In this document: piece after piece, positions 18,465 through 26,779 of the stretch | Numbering within the stretch: position 1 is the stretch's first letter | Layout: each line of letters begins with the position of its first letter | NCBI GenBank assembly: GCA_017623885.1 | Contig: JAGAOE010000090.1 | Location: forward strand, 1-41,248 | DNA from: Eubacterium sp. | Lineage (GTDB): Bacteria > Bacillota > Clostridia > Lachnospirales > Lachnospiraceae | Length of the DNA: 41,248 nucleotides | Direction of reading: 5' to 3' | Made by a program: the position numbers and the translations under genes | The notes under the pieces: model-generated | Told to the model about the DNA's origin: nothing | What the model saw: only the letters and a program-made list of their open reading frames with translations | Database searches by the model: none

Positions 18465-19052
18465 ATGAAAATCGCAGAAGCAAGACAGGTTTATCAAATG
18501 CAGATCAAACAATGTCGGGAACAGCGTGCATTATTTGAAAAGCAGAAAACGGAATTGAGCGAAAAGATGAATTCTGTGGAAAATGGAACGACCGTATATG
18601 CGAATGAGGCTGCGACGTTGGAGTTGAGCATGAAGACGCTCGATGAGAAACAGTCCGAATACGAAAAGTATATGGAGCAACTGCTCCTGCAGCATACTGC
18701 GATTGCAAATATGGAATCCTCCAAGCAGCAGGGAGAGGCGATGGCAGCGTATGCAGAAGATCTCGGAAAAATCATGGAAGTCGCTCGCAGAATTATGAAA
18801 GGCGGGATCGTGCCGCCGACAGATGAAAAAAAGCTGATGGATTACAGCATGGAACTGTATCAGGCGGCAAAAAACATGGGTGCGATGGCACAGCGCAGAG
18901 AAAAAGAGGAATATGATTCTCTCTGGGATGAAGAAGAAACAAAATCCGTCGAAGATCCGACTGAGATGGCGGATCAGACAGAAGCAGCAGGCGTTGCACC
19001 GGCGATCGTGCCTGTTGCAGAGCTGGCACAGAGTTCGGAAAGTATAGAATAA
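18465..19052 (+). CDS. Conserved hypothetical coiled-coil protein
   Basis: RBS AAAGGGGG; helical charged N-half and a compact motif EVARRIMKGGIVPPTDEKKLMDYSMELYQAAK. Confidence 0.75.
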   Translation: MKIAEARQVYQMQIKQCREQRALFEKQKTELSEKMNSVENGTTVYANEAATLELSMKTLDEKQSEYEKYMEQLLLQHTAIANMESSKQQGEAMAAYAEDLGKIMEVARRIMKGGIVPPTDEKKLMDYSMELYQAAKNMGAMAQRREKEEYDSLWDEEETKSVEDPTEMADQTEAAGVAPAIVPVAELAQSSESIE

Positions 19053-19088
19053 AAAAGGAATCGCATCCGCGTGAAAGGATGCGCGAGA

Positions 19089-19128
19089 GCAGGCAGATCA
19101 ATCTGAAAAGAGCGACCTGCCTGTTTTT
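19089..19128 (+). terminator. Intrinsic terminator
   Basis: GCAGGCAG...CTGCCTGT followed by TTTT. Confidence 0.6.
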
Positions 19129-19129
19129 A

Positions 19130-19204
19130 TTTCATAGGAAAGACCTTGTCGCAATAAAGTGTGAAAGTGACGAGCTTTCCTATGAAAGAAAAGCACTTTT
19201 GTTC
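19130..19204 (+). repeat. 58-bp palindromic element, copy C (19130-19187), with a collapsed tail
   Basis: 54/58 identical to copy A by manual alignment; followed by GAAAAGCACTTTTGTTC, matching the two ends of the long tail joined together. Confidence 0.9.
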
Positions 19205-19223
19205 TGACACCTAACTTTTATAG

Positions 19224-19263
19224 AAAATAGACACATATCTCTGAAATATGTGCCTATTTTTTT
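19224..19263. terminator. Terminator-like inverted repeat
   Basis: AAAATAGACACATAT...ATATGTGCCTATTTT-TTT. Confidence 0.45.
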
Positions 19264-19320
19264 GTGAGATGGAATAGTACAATATGTTCCGAAATGAAAG
19301 ATGAAAGGGAGTTTAAGAAA

Positions 19321-20109
19321 ATGTGGAAAGAAAAAGAAGAAAAGCCAATAGCGATGTATCTGGGGTTGACGTTTGCGATTACATGGATGACGGAGGCAAT
19401 CATTATTCTGATAGAAAAAATGAACCTGTTTTCGACGACGGTGACACAGGTCGTAGCGATGCTTCTGATTGCAGTATTTGCAGCTTTGGCGCCGGGAATA
19501 TCCGTTTATTTACTGCTGCGTCAGCGCGGAAAAATTTCCGGGTTGAAGGACTATTTGAAGCGAGTGTTTGCATGCGAGAGTAAAAAGAGCCTGGTGGCAG
19601 GTCTTGCTTTGACATTTTTTTATATGGCAGTATTTGTGATTTGTACAGAAGAACAAGTACCTGGGCGTCCCTGGTATATTGCACCGTTTATGCTGTTGTT
19701 TATGATTCCGGGAGGCGGCTGGGAAGAGTTGGGCTGGCGCGGATTTTTGCAGCCGGCACTGGAAGAAAAATTCGGATTTGTCTCTGCGACTGTGATCATG
19801 GGCGCGATATGGTCTATCTGGCATTTCCCGTTATGGTTTATTGAGAGTGCGAGTCAGAAAAATTTTGAGTTCTGGGCATTTTCACTTTATTGTGTGGCGC
19901 TATCATTTTTACTGGCGGCAGCATACAAAATGACAAAGAGCGTGATTGTTCCGATTTTGCTTCACGCCTGGGCAAATACGATGTGTGGCGGCATTTACAC
20001 CTATCATGTTTTGGAGTACGGACCGAGTGTAAAGGGATGTTTATTCTTTTTGGGGATGATTTTACTGGCATGTCTGATAAATGCCTATTATAATGAAAAC
20101 AAGAATTAA
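19321..20109 (+). CDS. CPBP (CAAX/Abi) family intramembrane metalloprotease
   Basis: EELGWRGFL, WSIWHFP, LLHAWAN motifs; many TM helices; ATG 19321 after AAAGGGAG. Confidence 0.88.
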   Translation: MWKEKEEKPIAMYLGLTFAITWMTEAIIILIEKMNLFSTTVTQVVAMLLIAVFAALAPGISVYLLLRQRGKISGLKDYLKRVFACESKKSLVAGLALTFFYMAVFVICTEEQVPGRPWYIAPFMLLFMIPGGGWEELGWRGFLQPALEEKFGFVSATVIMGAIWSIWHFPLWFIESASQKNFEFWAFSLYCVALSFLLAAAYKMTKSVIVPILLHAWANTMCGGIYTYHVLEYGPSVKGCLFFLGMILLACLINAYYNENKN

Positions 20110-20149
20110 TTCGGAACGAAATAGAAATGAAAGCATAGGAGGAATGAAT

Positions 20150-20815
20150 ATGAAATTGTTGCTAAAAGCATTTTTGAAAGCAGTGTGCGGTGCCATCTTG
20201 ATGGGATTGTTTCTGTTATTGCCGGCTGGTACGTGGAATTTTCCGAATGCATGGTTGCTGGGTGGACTGTTGTTTCTGCCGATGATTTTTGCCGGCATCG
20301 TGTTATTTGCAAAAGCACCGGAGCTGCTGGAGAAACGATTAAATACGAAAGAAACAGAAAAAACACAGATGGGCGTGGTTGCTCTTTCTGCAATCATGTT
20401 CATTGCTGCGTTTATTGTGGCGGGATTGGATTTTCGTTTTCGGTGGACAAAGGTTCCTACCTGGCTGGTGATAGCAGCATCTCTTGTGATGCTGGCAGCA
20501 TATGGACTGTATTTGGAAGTTATGCGTGAAAATGCATATTTGTCAAGAACGGTAGAGATTCAGACAAACCAGAAAGTCGTAGACACCGGATTGTATGGCG
20601 TGATTCGACATCCGATGTATACAGCAACGATTTTACTATTCTTTTCAATGGCACTGGTTTTGGGTTCTTGGATTTCATTTGTGATTATGATGATATATCC
20701 GTTGATTTTGCTGTTTCGAATCGGCAATGAAGAAAAAGTGTTGGAGCAGGGACTGGAAGGATATACAGCGTATAAAAAGAAAGTGAAATATCGCCTGATT
20801 CCGTATATTTGGTAA
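20150..20815 (+). CDS. Isoprenylcysteine carboxyl methyltransferase (ICMT/PEMT) family membrane protein
   Basis: VVDTGLYGVIRHPMY, RIGNEEKVL, YRLIPYIW; AGGAGG RBS. Confidence 0.88.
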   Translation: MKLLLKAFLKAVCGAILMGLFLLLPAGTWNFPNAWLLGGLLFLPMIFAGIVLFAKAPELLEKRLNTKETEKTQMGVVALSAIMFIAAFIVAGLDFRFRWTKVPTWLVIAASLVMLAAYGLYLEVMRENAYLSRTVEIQTNQKVVDTGLYGVIRHPMYTATILLFFSMALVLGSWISFVIMMIYPLILLFRIGNEEKVLEQGLEGYTAYKKKVKYRLIPYIW

Positions 20816-20833
20816 TGAAGGAGGATCAAAACA

Positions 20834-22126
20834 ATGTTACGAATGGAAATTGCATTGTTTTTTGTAGTGGCATTTGTCGCATACATGTATTATTCGGCAG
20901 GTCGCAAAAATGGTTTGATACATAGAATATTTGGATTGCTGTTGCTGACGATGTTGGTACATTTGTGCATGGATGCGGCGACGATTTACACGGTCAATCA
21001 TTTGACAGAGATACCGACGTTTGTAAATGATTTATTACATCGCTTATTTATCGGTACTATGATACTTGCCGTTTATCTGTTTTATCAGTATATCGCTGTT
21101 CTGGTAGAGACCGAGACCGGAAAACCCAGGCGACTGGATTTGGCGGCAAAAATATATCTGGTGTTGGCAGAAATTATGGCGATGGCATTTCCGATTTATT
21201 ATCAGGAGCATCCGGCAGGAAATTATTCGACAGGAGTACCGGCGAGTGCATGCTATGCAAGTGTCGTATTTTATATTTTGCTTTGTGCGATGATGCTTGT
21301 CGGGAACTGGCCGAGATTAGAATCATTAAAGAAAAAAGTAATTGCGGCGGCATTGGTTATCGAGGGCGTGGTGTGCGCATTACAAGCTTTGCAGCCGACT
21401 TGGCTGATTAGCGGAATGGGATTTACGCTGATGACGTTGGCATTTTATCTGACCTTGGAAAATCCGGCGATTTTGCGTGCGGAGCTGACGGAACAGAAAA
21501 TGTCGATGCTGTATTTGAAGAGTCAGGTGAATCCGCATTTCTTATATAATACATTAGATACGATACGAATTCAGGCACAGCTAAACGGAGATAAAGAAGT
21601 GGCTACGCTGTTGATGCGACTGGCAGATTTCTTCCGCCTAAGCGTGAAAGTAGATCGCTCAATGGTCACATTGGATGATGAATTGGAATTGCTGGAAGCA
21701 TATATGGATTTGATTTGTTACCGTTATCCCAAGCTGCAGTGCGTCTATGATTTGGACCCGAATCTGGGTGGTGTACGTGTTCCTAATTTTATTTTGCAGC
21801 CGGTAGTGGAAAACAGTGTGTTGCATGGGTTGAAAAATAAAGGCTATCAGGGAGAAATCTGTATTTCAGCGAAAAAGACCGGAGAGGAGACCTTGGAGAT
21901 TGCTGTGCGTGATACAGGCAGTGGTTTCTCTGAGGGAAAGAAAGAATACGTCGATAAGCTGTTACAAAATTATGAAAAACAGCCGGCAAAGCTGGAAGGA
22001 AACAGTATCGGAATTTTGAATGTACAAAAGCGAATCAAATTGCTTTGCGGCCGTGCATATGGACTGTCATATACCGAGAATGAAAAGGGCGGAGTAACGG
22101 CGCATTTGAAATTACCCTTGCTGTAA
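20834..22126 (+). CDS. Sensor histidine kinase, LytS/YesM-type kinase core with a multi-TM N-terminal domain
   Basis: LKSQVNPHFLYNTL H-box, LQPVVENSVLHG, DTGSGF, SIGILNVQKRI; about seven hydrophobic segments in the first 210 aa. Confidence 0.9.
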   Translation: MLRMEIALFFVVAFVAYMYYSAGRKNGLIHRIFGLLLLTMLVHLCMDAATIYTVNHLTEIPTFVNDLLHRLFIGTMILAVYLFYQYIAVLVETETGKPRRLDLAAKIYLVLAEIMAMAFPIYYQEHPAGNYSTGVPASACYASVVFYILLCAMMLVGNWPRLESLKKKVIAAALVIEGVVCALQALQPTWLISGMGFTLMTLAFYLTLENPAILRAELTEQKMSMLYLKSQVNPHFLYNTLDTIRIQAQLNGDKEVATLLMRLADFFRLSVKVDRSMVTLDDELELLEAYMDLICYRYPKLQCVYDLDPNLGGVRVPNFILQPVVENSVLHGLKNKGYQGEICISAKKTGEETLEIAVRDTGSGFSEGKKEYVDKLLQNYEKQPAKLEGNSIGILNVQKRIKLLCGRAYGLSYTENEKGGVTAHLKLPLL

Positions 22127-22143
22127 TAGATAGGAGGTCTGCG

Positions 22144-22884
22144 ATGAAAAAATTGCGTGTACTTTTAGTGGATGATGAAATTATGATAAGGGAAGGCTTT
22201 AAGCGCCTGTTTGACTGGGAGGCACATGACTGTGAAGTGGTGGGCGAAGCAGGAGACGGAATGGAAGCAATTCAGCAGATTGATATGTTGCAGCCGGATT
22301 TGGTGATTATGGATATCAATATTCCGATTGTGAATGGCTTGAAGGTGATTCAGATGAGTCGTATGAAATATCCACACATGGCGTTTGTTATCGTGTCCGG
22401 ATACGATGATTTTTCTTATTGCCGAGAAGCATTGCGTTTGCAGATTACGGATTATATTTTAAAACCGGTGGATTATGAAGAGTTTGGTTCTTGTATTGAC
22501 CATCTGAAAATTTCTCTGTACGAGACGAATCATGCACAAGAAGAGATACAGCAGGAAGAACGCACCATTCACGGATTGACACGTTATTTACAGGATCATT
22601 TGCAGGAAGAGATTAGTCTGCTTGTTTTGTCGGAACAGTTTCATCTGAGTGCACAGTATATCAGTCAGCTCTTTAAAAGTGAGATTGGTGTGAATTTTTT
22701 ATCCTATCTGACCAGCATTCGTATGGAAAAGGCAAAAAAACTGTTGGTGACGACTTCGTTGTCTGTGGCAGAAATATCAGAACAGGTCGGCTATGGTGAC
22801 TATCGTGTGTTTACAAAAGTGTTTAAGAAATCAGAAGGAGTGACGCCGTCACAGTATCGGCGTGATTTTCTTGAACAACTGTAA
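22144..22884 (+). CDS. Two-component response regulator, YesN-type (REC + AraC HTH)
   Basis: LVDDE, IMDINIP, YILKP receiver motifs; C-terminal AraC HTH VGYGDYRVFTKVFKKSEGVTPSQYR. Confidence 0.93.
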   Translation: MKKLRVLLVDDEIMIREGFKRLFDWEAHDCEVVGEAGDGMEAIQQIDMLQPDLVIMDINIPIVNGLKVIQMSRMKYPHMAFVIVSGYDDFSYCREALRLQITDYILKPVDYEEFGSCIDHLKISLYETNHAQEEIQQEERTIHGLTRYLQDHLQEEISLLVLSEQFHLSAQYISQLFKSEIGVNFLSYLTSIRMEKAKKLLVTTSLSVAEISEQVGYGDYRVFTKVFKKSEGVTPSQYRRDFLEQL

Positions 22885-22885
22885 A

Positions 22886-22920
22886 CTATAAAAAGAACAC
22901 ATTTAGCTATAATAGAATCC
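22886..22920 (+). promoter_or_regulatory. Direct repeats at 21-bp pitch, candidate response-regulator binding site
   Basis: CTATAAAAAGAA at 22886 and CTATAATAGAA at 22907, upstream of a TG-C-TAAGAT -10-like element. Confidence 0.4.
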
Positions 22921-22998
22921 TATCGAAACAGAAAATAATTTGCTAAGATAAGTACAGTTCGAAAGCAAACACATTTTGAACGAGAAGGAAGGAAGAAA

Positions 22999-23292
22999 AT
23001 GAGAGCGTTTTTAATAGCAGCACTGCCTTGGGTTTTATCAGGAATAGCAATTGCGATTATATGTGCAAATTTAAAATCAATGGAAGTAAAAAATAAGAGC
23101 GAAAACGGAAGTTATGAAAAATTGGACGTTCAAATCGCGATAGGAATGCTGTTCGGCTTGGTGTTGGGCGTGATGCTAAATGCGTGTGGACTGTGGAGCA
23201 ATCAGGCAATCGGCTTTGCAGTTGGACCATTGTGGGGAATGGCAATCGCAATGCTGTTCCCCGGAAAACGCGAAGAGAACCATGAGGACTAG
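22999..23292 (+). CDS. Small hypothetical membrane protein (about three TM segments)
   Basis: AAGGAAGG RBS; hydrophobic helices with Gly-rich faces. Confidence 0.7.
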   Translation: MRAFLIAALPWVLSGIAIAIICANLKSMEVKNKSENGSYEKLDVQIAIGMLFGLVLGVMLNACGLWSNQAIGFAVGPLWGMAIAMLFPGKREENHED

Positions 23293-23322
23293 CATGCAGT
23301 GAACTTAGCAAGGTGAGGGCAA

Positions 23323-23514
23323 ATGGGAAACGATATAGTTGAATTTTCAGAAAAGAGAGGATGTCCGATACCGTTTACACTGTTGATGAGAAATGCAGAC
23401 GGAACAGTGGCAGCAAAAAGAGAGTTTGTGTTTCGCATGCAGGAAAGTGACGGAAGGATGTTCATATCCGTAAAAAATGATGGAGCGTCCGGCAAAACGG
23501 AATGTGTTTCATAA
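23323..23514 (+). CDS. Short hypothetical ORF, possibly a gene fragment
   Basis: AAGGTGAGG upstream; fills the gap between co-oriented genes; no recognisable motif. Confidence 0.3.
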   Translation: MGNDIVEFSEKRGCPIPFTLLMRNADGTVAAKREFVFRMQESDGRMFISVKNDGASGKTECVS

Positions 23515-23557
23515 AGAACAAAGAGTCATAAAGTAAAATGGAAAGAGAATTAGAAGA

Positions 23558-24016
23558 ATGAGTGATTATAGAATATGGAAGCTTGCTGCTCATGAGGAAT
23601 TGATGGAGCAGGCGGCAGATTGGTTTCATGAAAAATGGGGCGTGCCGAGAGCTGCGTATTTAGAGAGTATGCAAGCATCGTTGCAGGAGACAGCCGTTGA
23701 TGACTGGTATGTATGCATGGATGGAGAAACAATCATCGCAGGTCTGGGTGTGATCGAGAATGATTTTCATGACAGAAAAGATTTGACACCGAATGTGTGC
23801 GCCGTGTATACGGAAGAGGCATATCGTTGTAAAGGTATCGCCGGTGAGTTGTTGCGTTTCGTAGCAGAAGATAAGAAAAACAGTGGAATAGATACGTTGT
23901 ATTTATTGACAGACCATACGGGATTTTATGAGCGCTATGGCTGGGAGTTTTTCTGTATGGTTCAAGGAGACGGTGAACCGGAAATGTCACGGATGTACAT
24001 ACACCGGATGCCATAG
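23558..24016 (+). CDS. GNAT family N-acetyltransferase
   Basis: AVYTEEAYRCKGIAGELL acetyl-CoA motif, LYLLTDHTGFYERYGW. Confidence 0.88.
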   Translation: MSDYRIWKLAAHEELMEQAADWFHEKWGVPRAAYLESMQASLQETAVDDWYVCMDGETIIAGLGVIENDFHDRKDLTPNVCAVYTEEAYRCKGIAGELLRFVAEDKKNSGIDTLYLLTDHTGFYERYGWEFFCMVQGDGEPEMSRMYIHRMP

Positions 24017-24059
24017 ACAGATGGTATAAAAATGTAGCTGACGGTGAAAGGAATCGAAT

Positions 24060-24803
24060 ATGGCGACAAGCAAAGCGTATTTACAGTTTATATTAGAACA
24101 GCTTTCCGGTCTGGATGGAATTACTTATCGCCAGATGATGGGCGAATATATCCTATATTATCGTGAAAAAATAGCAGCATATTTATGTGATGACAGACTG
24201 TTAATCAAGCCGGTAGCAAGCGCGGTGCGTCTGATGCCGGAGGCAGTATATGAACCGCCCTATGAGGGAGCAAAAGAGATGTTGCTGTGTGAAGATGTCG
24301 ATAATTCTGAATTTTTGAAAGAATTGTTTGTGGCGATTGAGCCGGAGCTGGCGCAGCCAAAGAAAAAAGACCCTTTGAAAGTAAAAAAGCTGACTAGGAA
24401 AGATAGAGAGTGTGCGTTGGATGTCGCGTGGGAAGTATTCAAAGAATTTGAAGCACCGGACTACACGCAAGAAGGGGTCGGACAGTTTCGACAGATATTG
24501 GACAATCAGGAATTTATCAACGCCTTAAAGTTTTATGGTGCATTTTATGATAATGAACTGGTAGGTGTATTGGCGATGCGAGTACCGCAGCATGTCAGTC
24601 TCTTTTTTGTGAAAGCAGATTATCAGCAGAAAGGTATCGGACGAAAGCTGTTTGAGCGGATGAAAAAGGATTACGAAAACAAAGAATTTACGGTTCATTC
24701 ATCGCCTTATGCAGTAGAGGTATACAAGAAACTGGGATTTATTCCGACAGATACCGAGCAGTGTGAAGCGGGGATTCGCTATACACCGATGCGGATGGGC
24801 TGA
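24060..24803 (+). CDS. TfoX/Sxy N-terminal domain fused to a GNAT acetyltransferase
   Basis: Residues 1-103 TfoX_N-like (YRQMMGEY.LY, DDRLLIK, PYEGAK); C-terminal GNAT (FFVKADYQQKGIGRKL, VHSSPYAVEVYKKLGF). Confidence 0.8.
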   Translation: MATSKAYLQFILEQLSGLDGITYRQMMGEYILYYREKIAAYLCDDRLLIKPVASAVRLMPEAVYEPPYEGAKEMLLCEDVDNSEFLKELFVAIEPELAQPKKKDPLKVKKLTRKDRECALDVAWEVFKEFEAPDYTQEGVGQFRQILDNQEFINALKFYGAFYDNELVGVLAMRVPQHVSLFFVKADYQQKGIGRKLFERMKKDYENKEFTVHSSPYAVEVYKKLGFIPTDTEQCEAGIRYTPMRMG

Positions 24804-24892
24804 TAAAACAGAGAATAAAGAAACTGTCAAAAAGAAGAATATTTTTAAATAGATTACACATCCTTATCTAAAAAGATGAAGGAGTGGAATCG

Positions 24893-25327
24893 ATGATTGA
24901 ATCAGATACAATCAAATTATTGCGTGAATGTGACGCAGGAATCAAGATGGGTGTGTCATCGATCGATGACGTGTTGGATTATGTGAGCAATGAAGCGCTT
25001 CGCAAAATGCTGGCGGGGTGCAAAGAAGAACATGAACGGTTAGCAGATGAAATGCAAAGCCTGCTGGCACGCTATCACGATGACGGAAAAGAGCCAAACC
25101 CGATGGCAAAGGGCATGTCATGGATGAAGACCAGTGTAAAGCTGGTTTTAAACGAATCAGACGCAACGATTGCGGATTTGATGACGGACGGTTGCAATAT
25201 GGGTGTAAAATCATTAAACAAGTATTTGAACCAATACAAAGCAGCCGATGAACAGTCAAAGGATTTGACCAAACGTTTGATACGCTTGGAAGAAAATCTT
25301 GCCATTGATATGCGTAAATTTTTGTAA
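24893..25327 (+). CDS. Ferritin-like four-helix hypothetical protein, probably sporulation-associated
   Basis: Helical protein with KMGVSSI / GCNMGVKSL internal repeat; AAGGAG RBS; upstream GAATA-17 bp-CATCCTTA resembles a forespore sigma-G promoter. Confidence 0.7.
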   Translation: MIESDTIKLLRECDAGIKMGVSSIDDVLDYVSNEALRKMLAGCKEEHERLADEMQSLLARYHDDGKEPNPMAKGMSWMKTSVKLVLNESDATIADLMTDGCNMGVKSLNKYLNQYKAADEQSKDLTKRLIRLEENLAIDMRKFL

Positions 25328-25390
25328 GCAGGAATCTCTGCACAGCTTCGCTTTGTGGAGAAATATCAATATCCCTAATTATTTTTGTTA

Positions 25391-25436
25391 AAAGAACTGC
25401 CGTTTCGGGTGTATGCCCGGACGGTAGTTCTTTTTT
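25391..25436 (+). terminator. Intrinsic terminator
   Basis: AAAGAACTGCCGT...ACGGTAGTTCTTT plus T run. Confidence 0.8.
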
Positions 25437-25451
25437 GCTTCATAGGATTCG

Positions 25452-25777
25452 GGTGTCAAAAGCCCTATCCAAGAAAGCGAACTGGCAAATTGCACAAACA
25501 TATTTCTTTTCGCTAGGTTGCACGAACCATTTCAATGAGCCTTCTCAAAGCAAAATCGTGTTCAGCAAAGGCTTCCACGATTTGAAGTCTCATTTCCATC
25601 GTGCAAAGACGCTTGAATCGAGCATGTCGGATACGACATGCTTCGCCTGTGGCGGGTTGCGATAGCAACATTGTTCTATTCCGCCACAGTGCGATCCATG
25701 CGGAGCATTCTTGTGTAACAAGAAACACGCTTTGTGCAGATTGCCAGTGCCGAGTTTCGGAAAGGGCTTTTGACACC
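25452..25777. mobile_element. 326-bp MITE-like non-coding element with long imperfect terminal inverted repeats
   Basis: Ends GGTGTCAAAAGCCCT / AGGGCTTTTGACACC (15 bp perfect); arms align over about 58 bp (25452-25508 vs 25720-25777, about 45 matches); no transposase inside. Confidence 0.7.
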
Positions 25778-25827
25778 TTGATTTTCATAGGAAAACCGTG
25801 TTCATTAAAATGTGAAAGGGGATAGAA

Positions 25828-26625
25828 ATGATAAAGTTAATTGCGTCTGATTTGGACGGTACATTGTTGCAGGAGGGAACTGCTAATATTCATCCGGAAA
25901 TTTATGAAGTTATCCGGGCATTGCAGGCAGCCGGTGTCCGCTTTGTGGCGGCGAGCGGCAGAAACTACGAGAGTGTGATGAGTATATTTGGTTGCATGGA
26001 AAAGGAAATTTTGATGATATCTGATAACGGCGGTTATAGTGTGAACGGCGGACAGGAGCTGTATTGCTGTGGATTTTCAAAGCCGCTGCTAAAAAAGATT
26101 TTGGATGCTGCCAGAAAAATACCGGATGTGTGGATGATGGCATCTGCGGCAAGATGTGTTTACACAGATCAAAACGACCCGACCTATGTGAACTGGATTC
26201 GGGAAGGCTATAAGTCGGATATAAGTATCGTAGCGGATTTGCTGCAGATTGACGAACCACTCATAAAGGTGGCTCTTTACAGCTATAAAAGAGATGCGGC
26301 AGTAGTGGCAGAAGAATTGCGCGGACAATTGGGCGAAGAAGTAGAGATTGTGCTGTCCGGTGAGCGTTGGATTGATATGGTGATGCCGAATGTGAGCAAA
26401 GGACAGGCGTTGGCACGCATACAAGAAATGCTAGGGATTTCCAAAGCAGAGACAGCGGCATTCGGCGACAATGGAAATGATATTCCGATGCTGCTTCAGG
26501 CAGAAGAGAGCTATGCGGTGGCAAATGCGAGAGAAGAGACGAAGGCTGTGGCAAAATATGTGATTGGTGATGTGTCAGAACATGCGGTGCTGACAGCATT
26601 AAAACAGATTTTGGCAGAAATGTGA
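25828..26625 (+). CDS. Cof-type HAD-IIB family phosphatase
   Basis: SDLDGTLL, ASGR, SKGQAL, FGDNGNDIPML. Confidence 0.93.
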   Translation: MIKLIASDLDGTLLQEGTANIHPEIYEVIRALQAAGVRFVAASGRNYESVMSIFGCMEKEILMISDNGGYSVNGGQELYCCGFSKPLLKKILDAARKIPDVWMMASAARCVYTDQNDPTYVNWIREGYKSDISIVADLLQIDEPLIKVALYSYKRDAAVVAEELRGQLGEEVEIVLSGERWIDMVMPNVSKGQALARIQEMLGISKAETAAFGDNGNDIPMLLQAEESYAVANAREETKAVAKYVIGDVSEHAVLTALKQILAEM

Positions 26626-26779
26626 GAAGCGTTCGGACAGATGTGAGAGAAAGGAAGAATCTGTCGTAGATTTTTCACGCATGATGCGATATAATGAGAC
26701 AAATGTGTTTGCAGGAATTACGAGTTATCGGAAGGATGGGCTTGTGAATACATGAGTTTAAATAAAAAGGAGAATATCT

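Noticed and set aside
16897-19187. 58-bp palindromes as integron attC sites, with the small genes at 18465-25327 as cassettes
   Set aside because: They lack the RYYYAAC/GTTRRRY cores, do not separate each small gene, and no integron integrase is present
25435-25825. ORF-track entries of 74-91 aa inside the MITE-like element
   Set aside because: No RBS or transposase motifs; their mirrored N-termini simply reflect the inverted repeats
26626-26779. Lysine or other riboswitch upstream of the NhaC-family transporter
   Set aside because: The leader is short and shows no L-box, SAM or glycine consensus blocks or terminator
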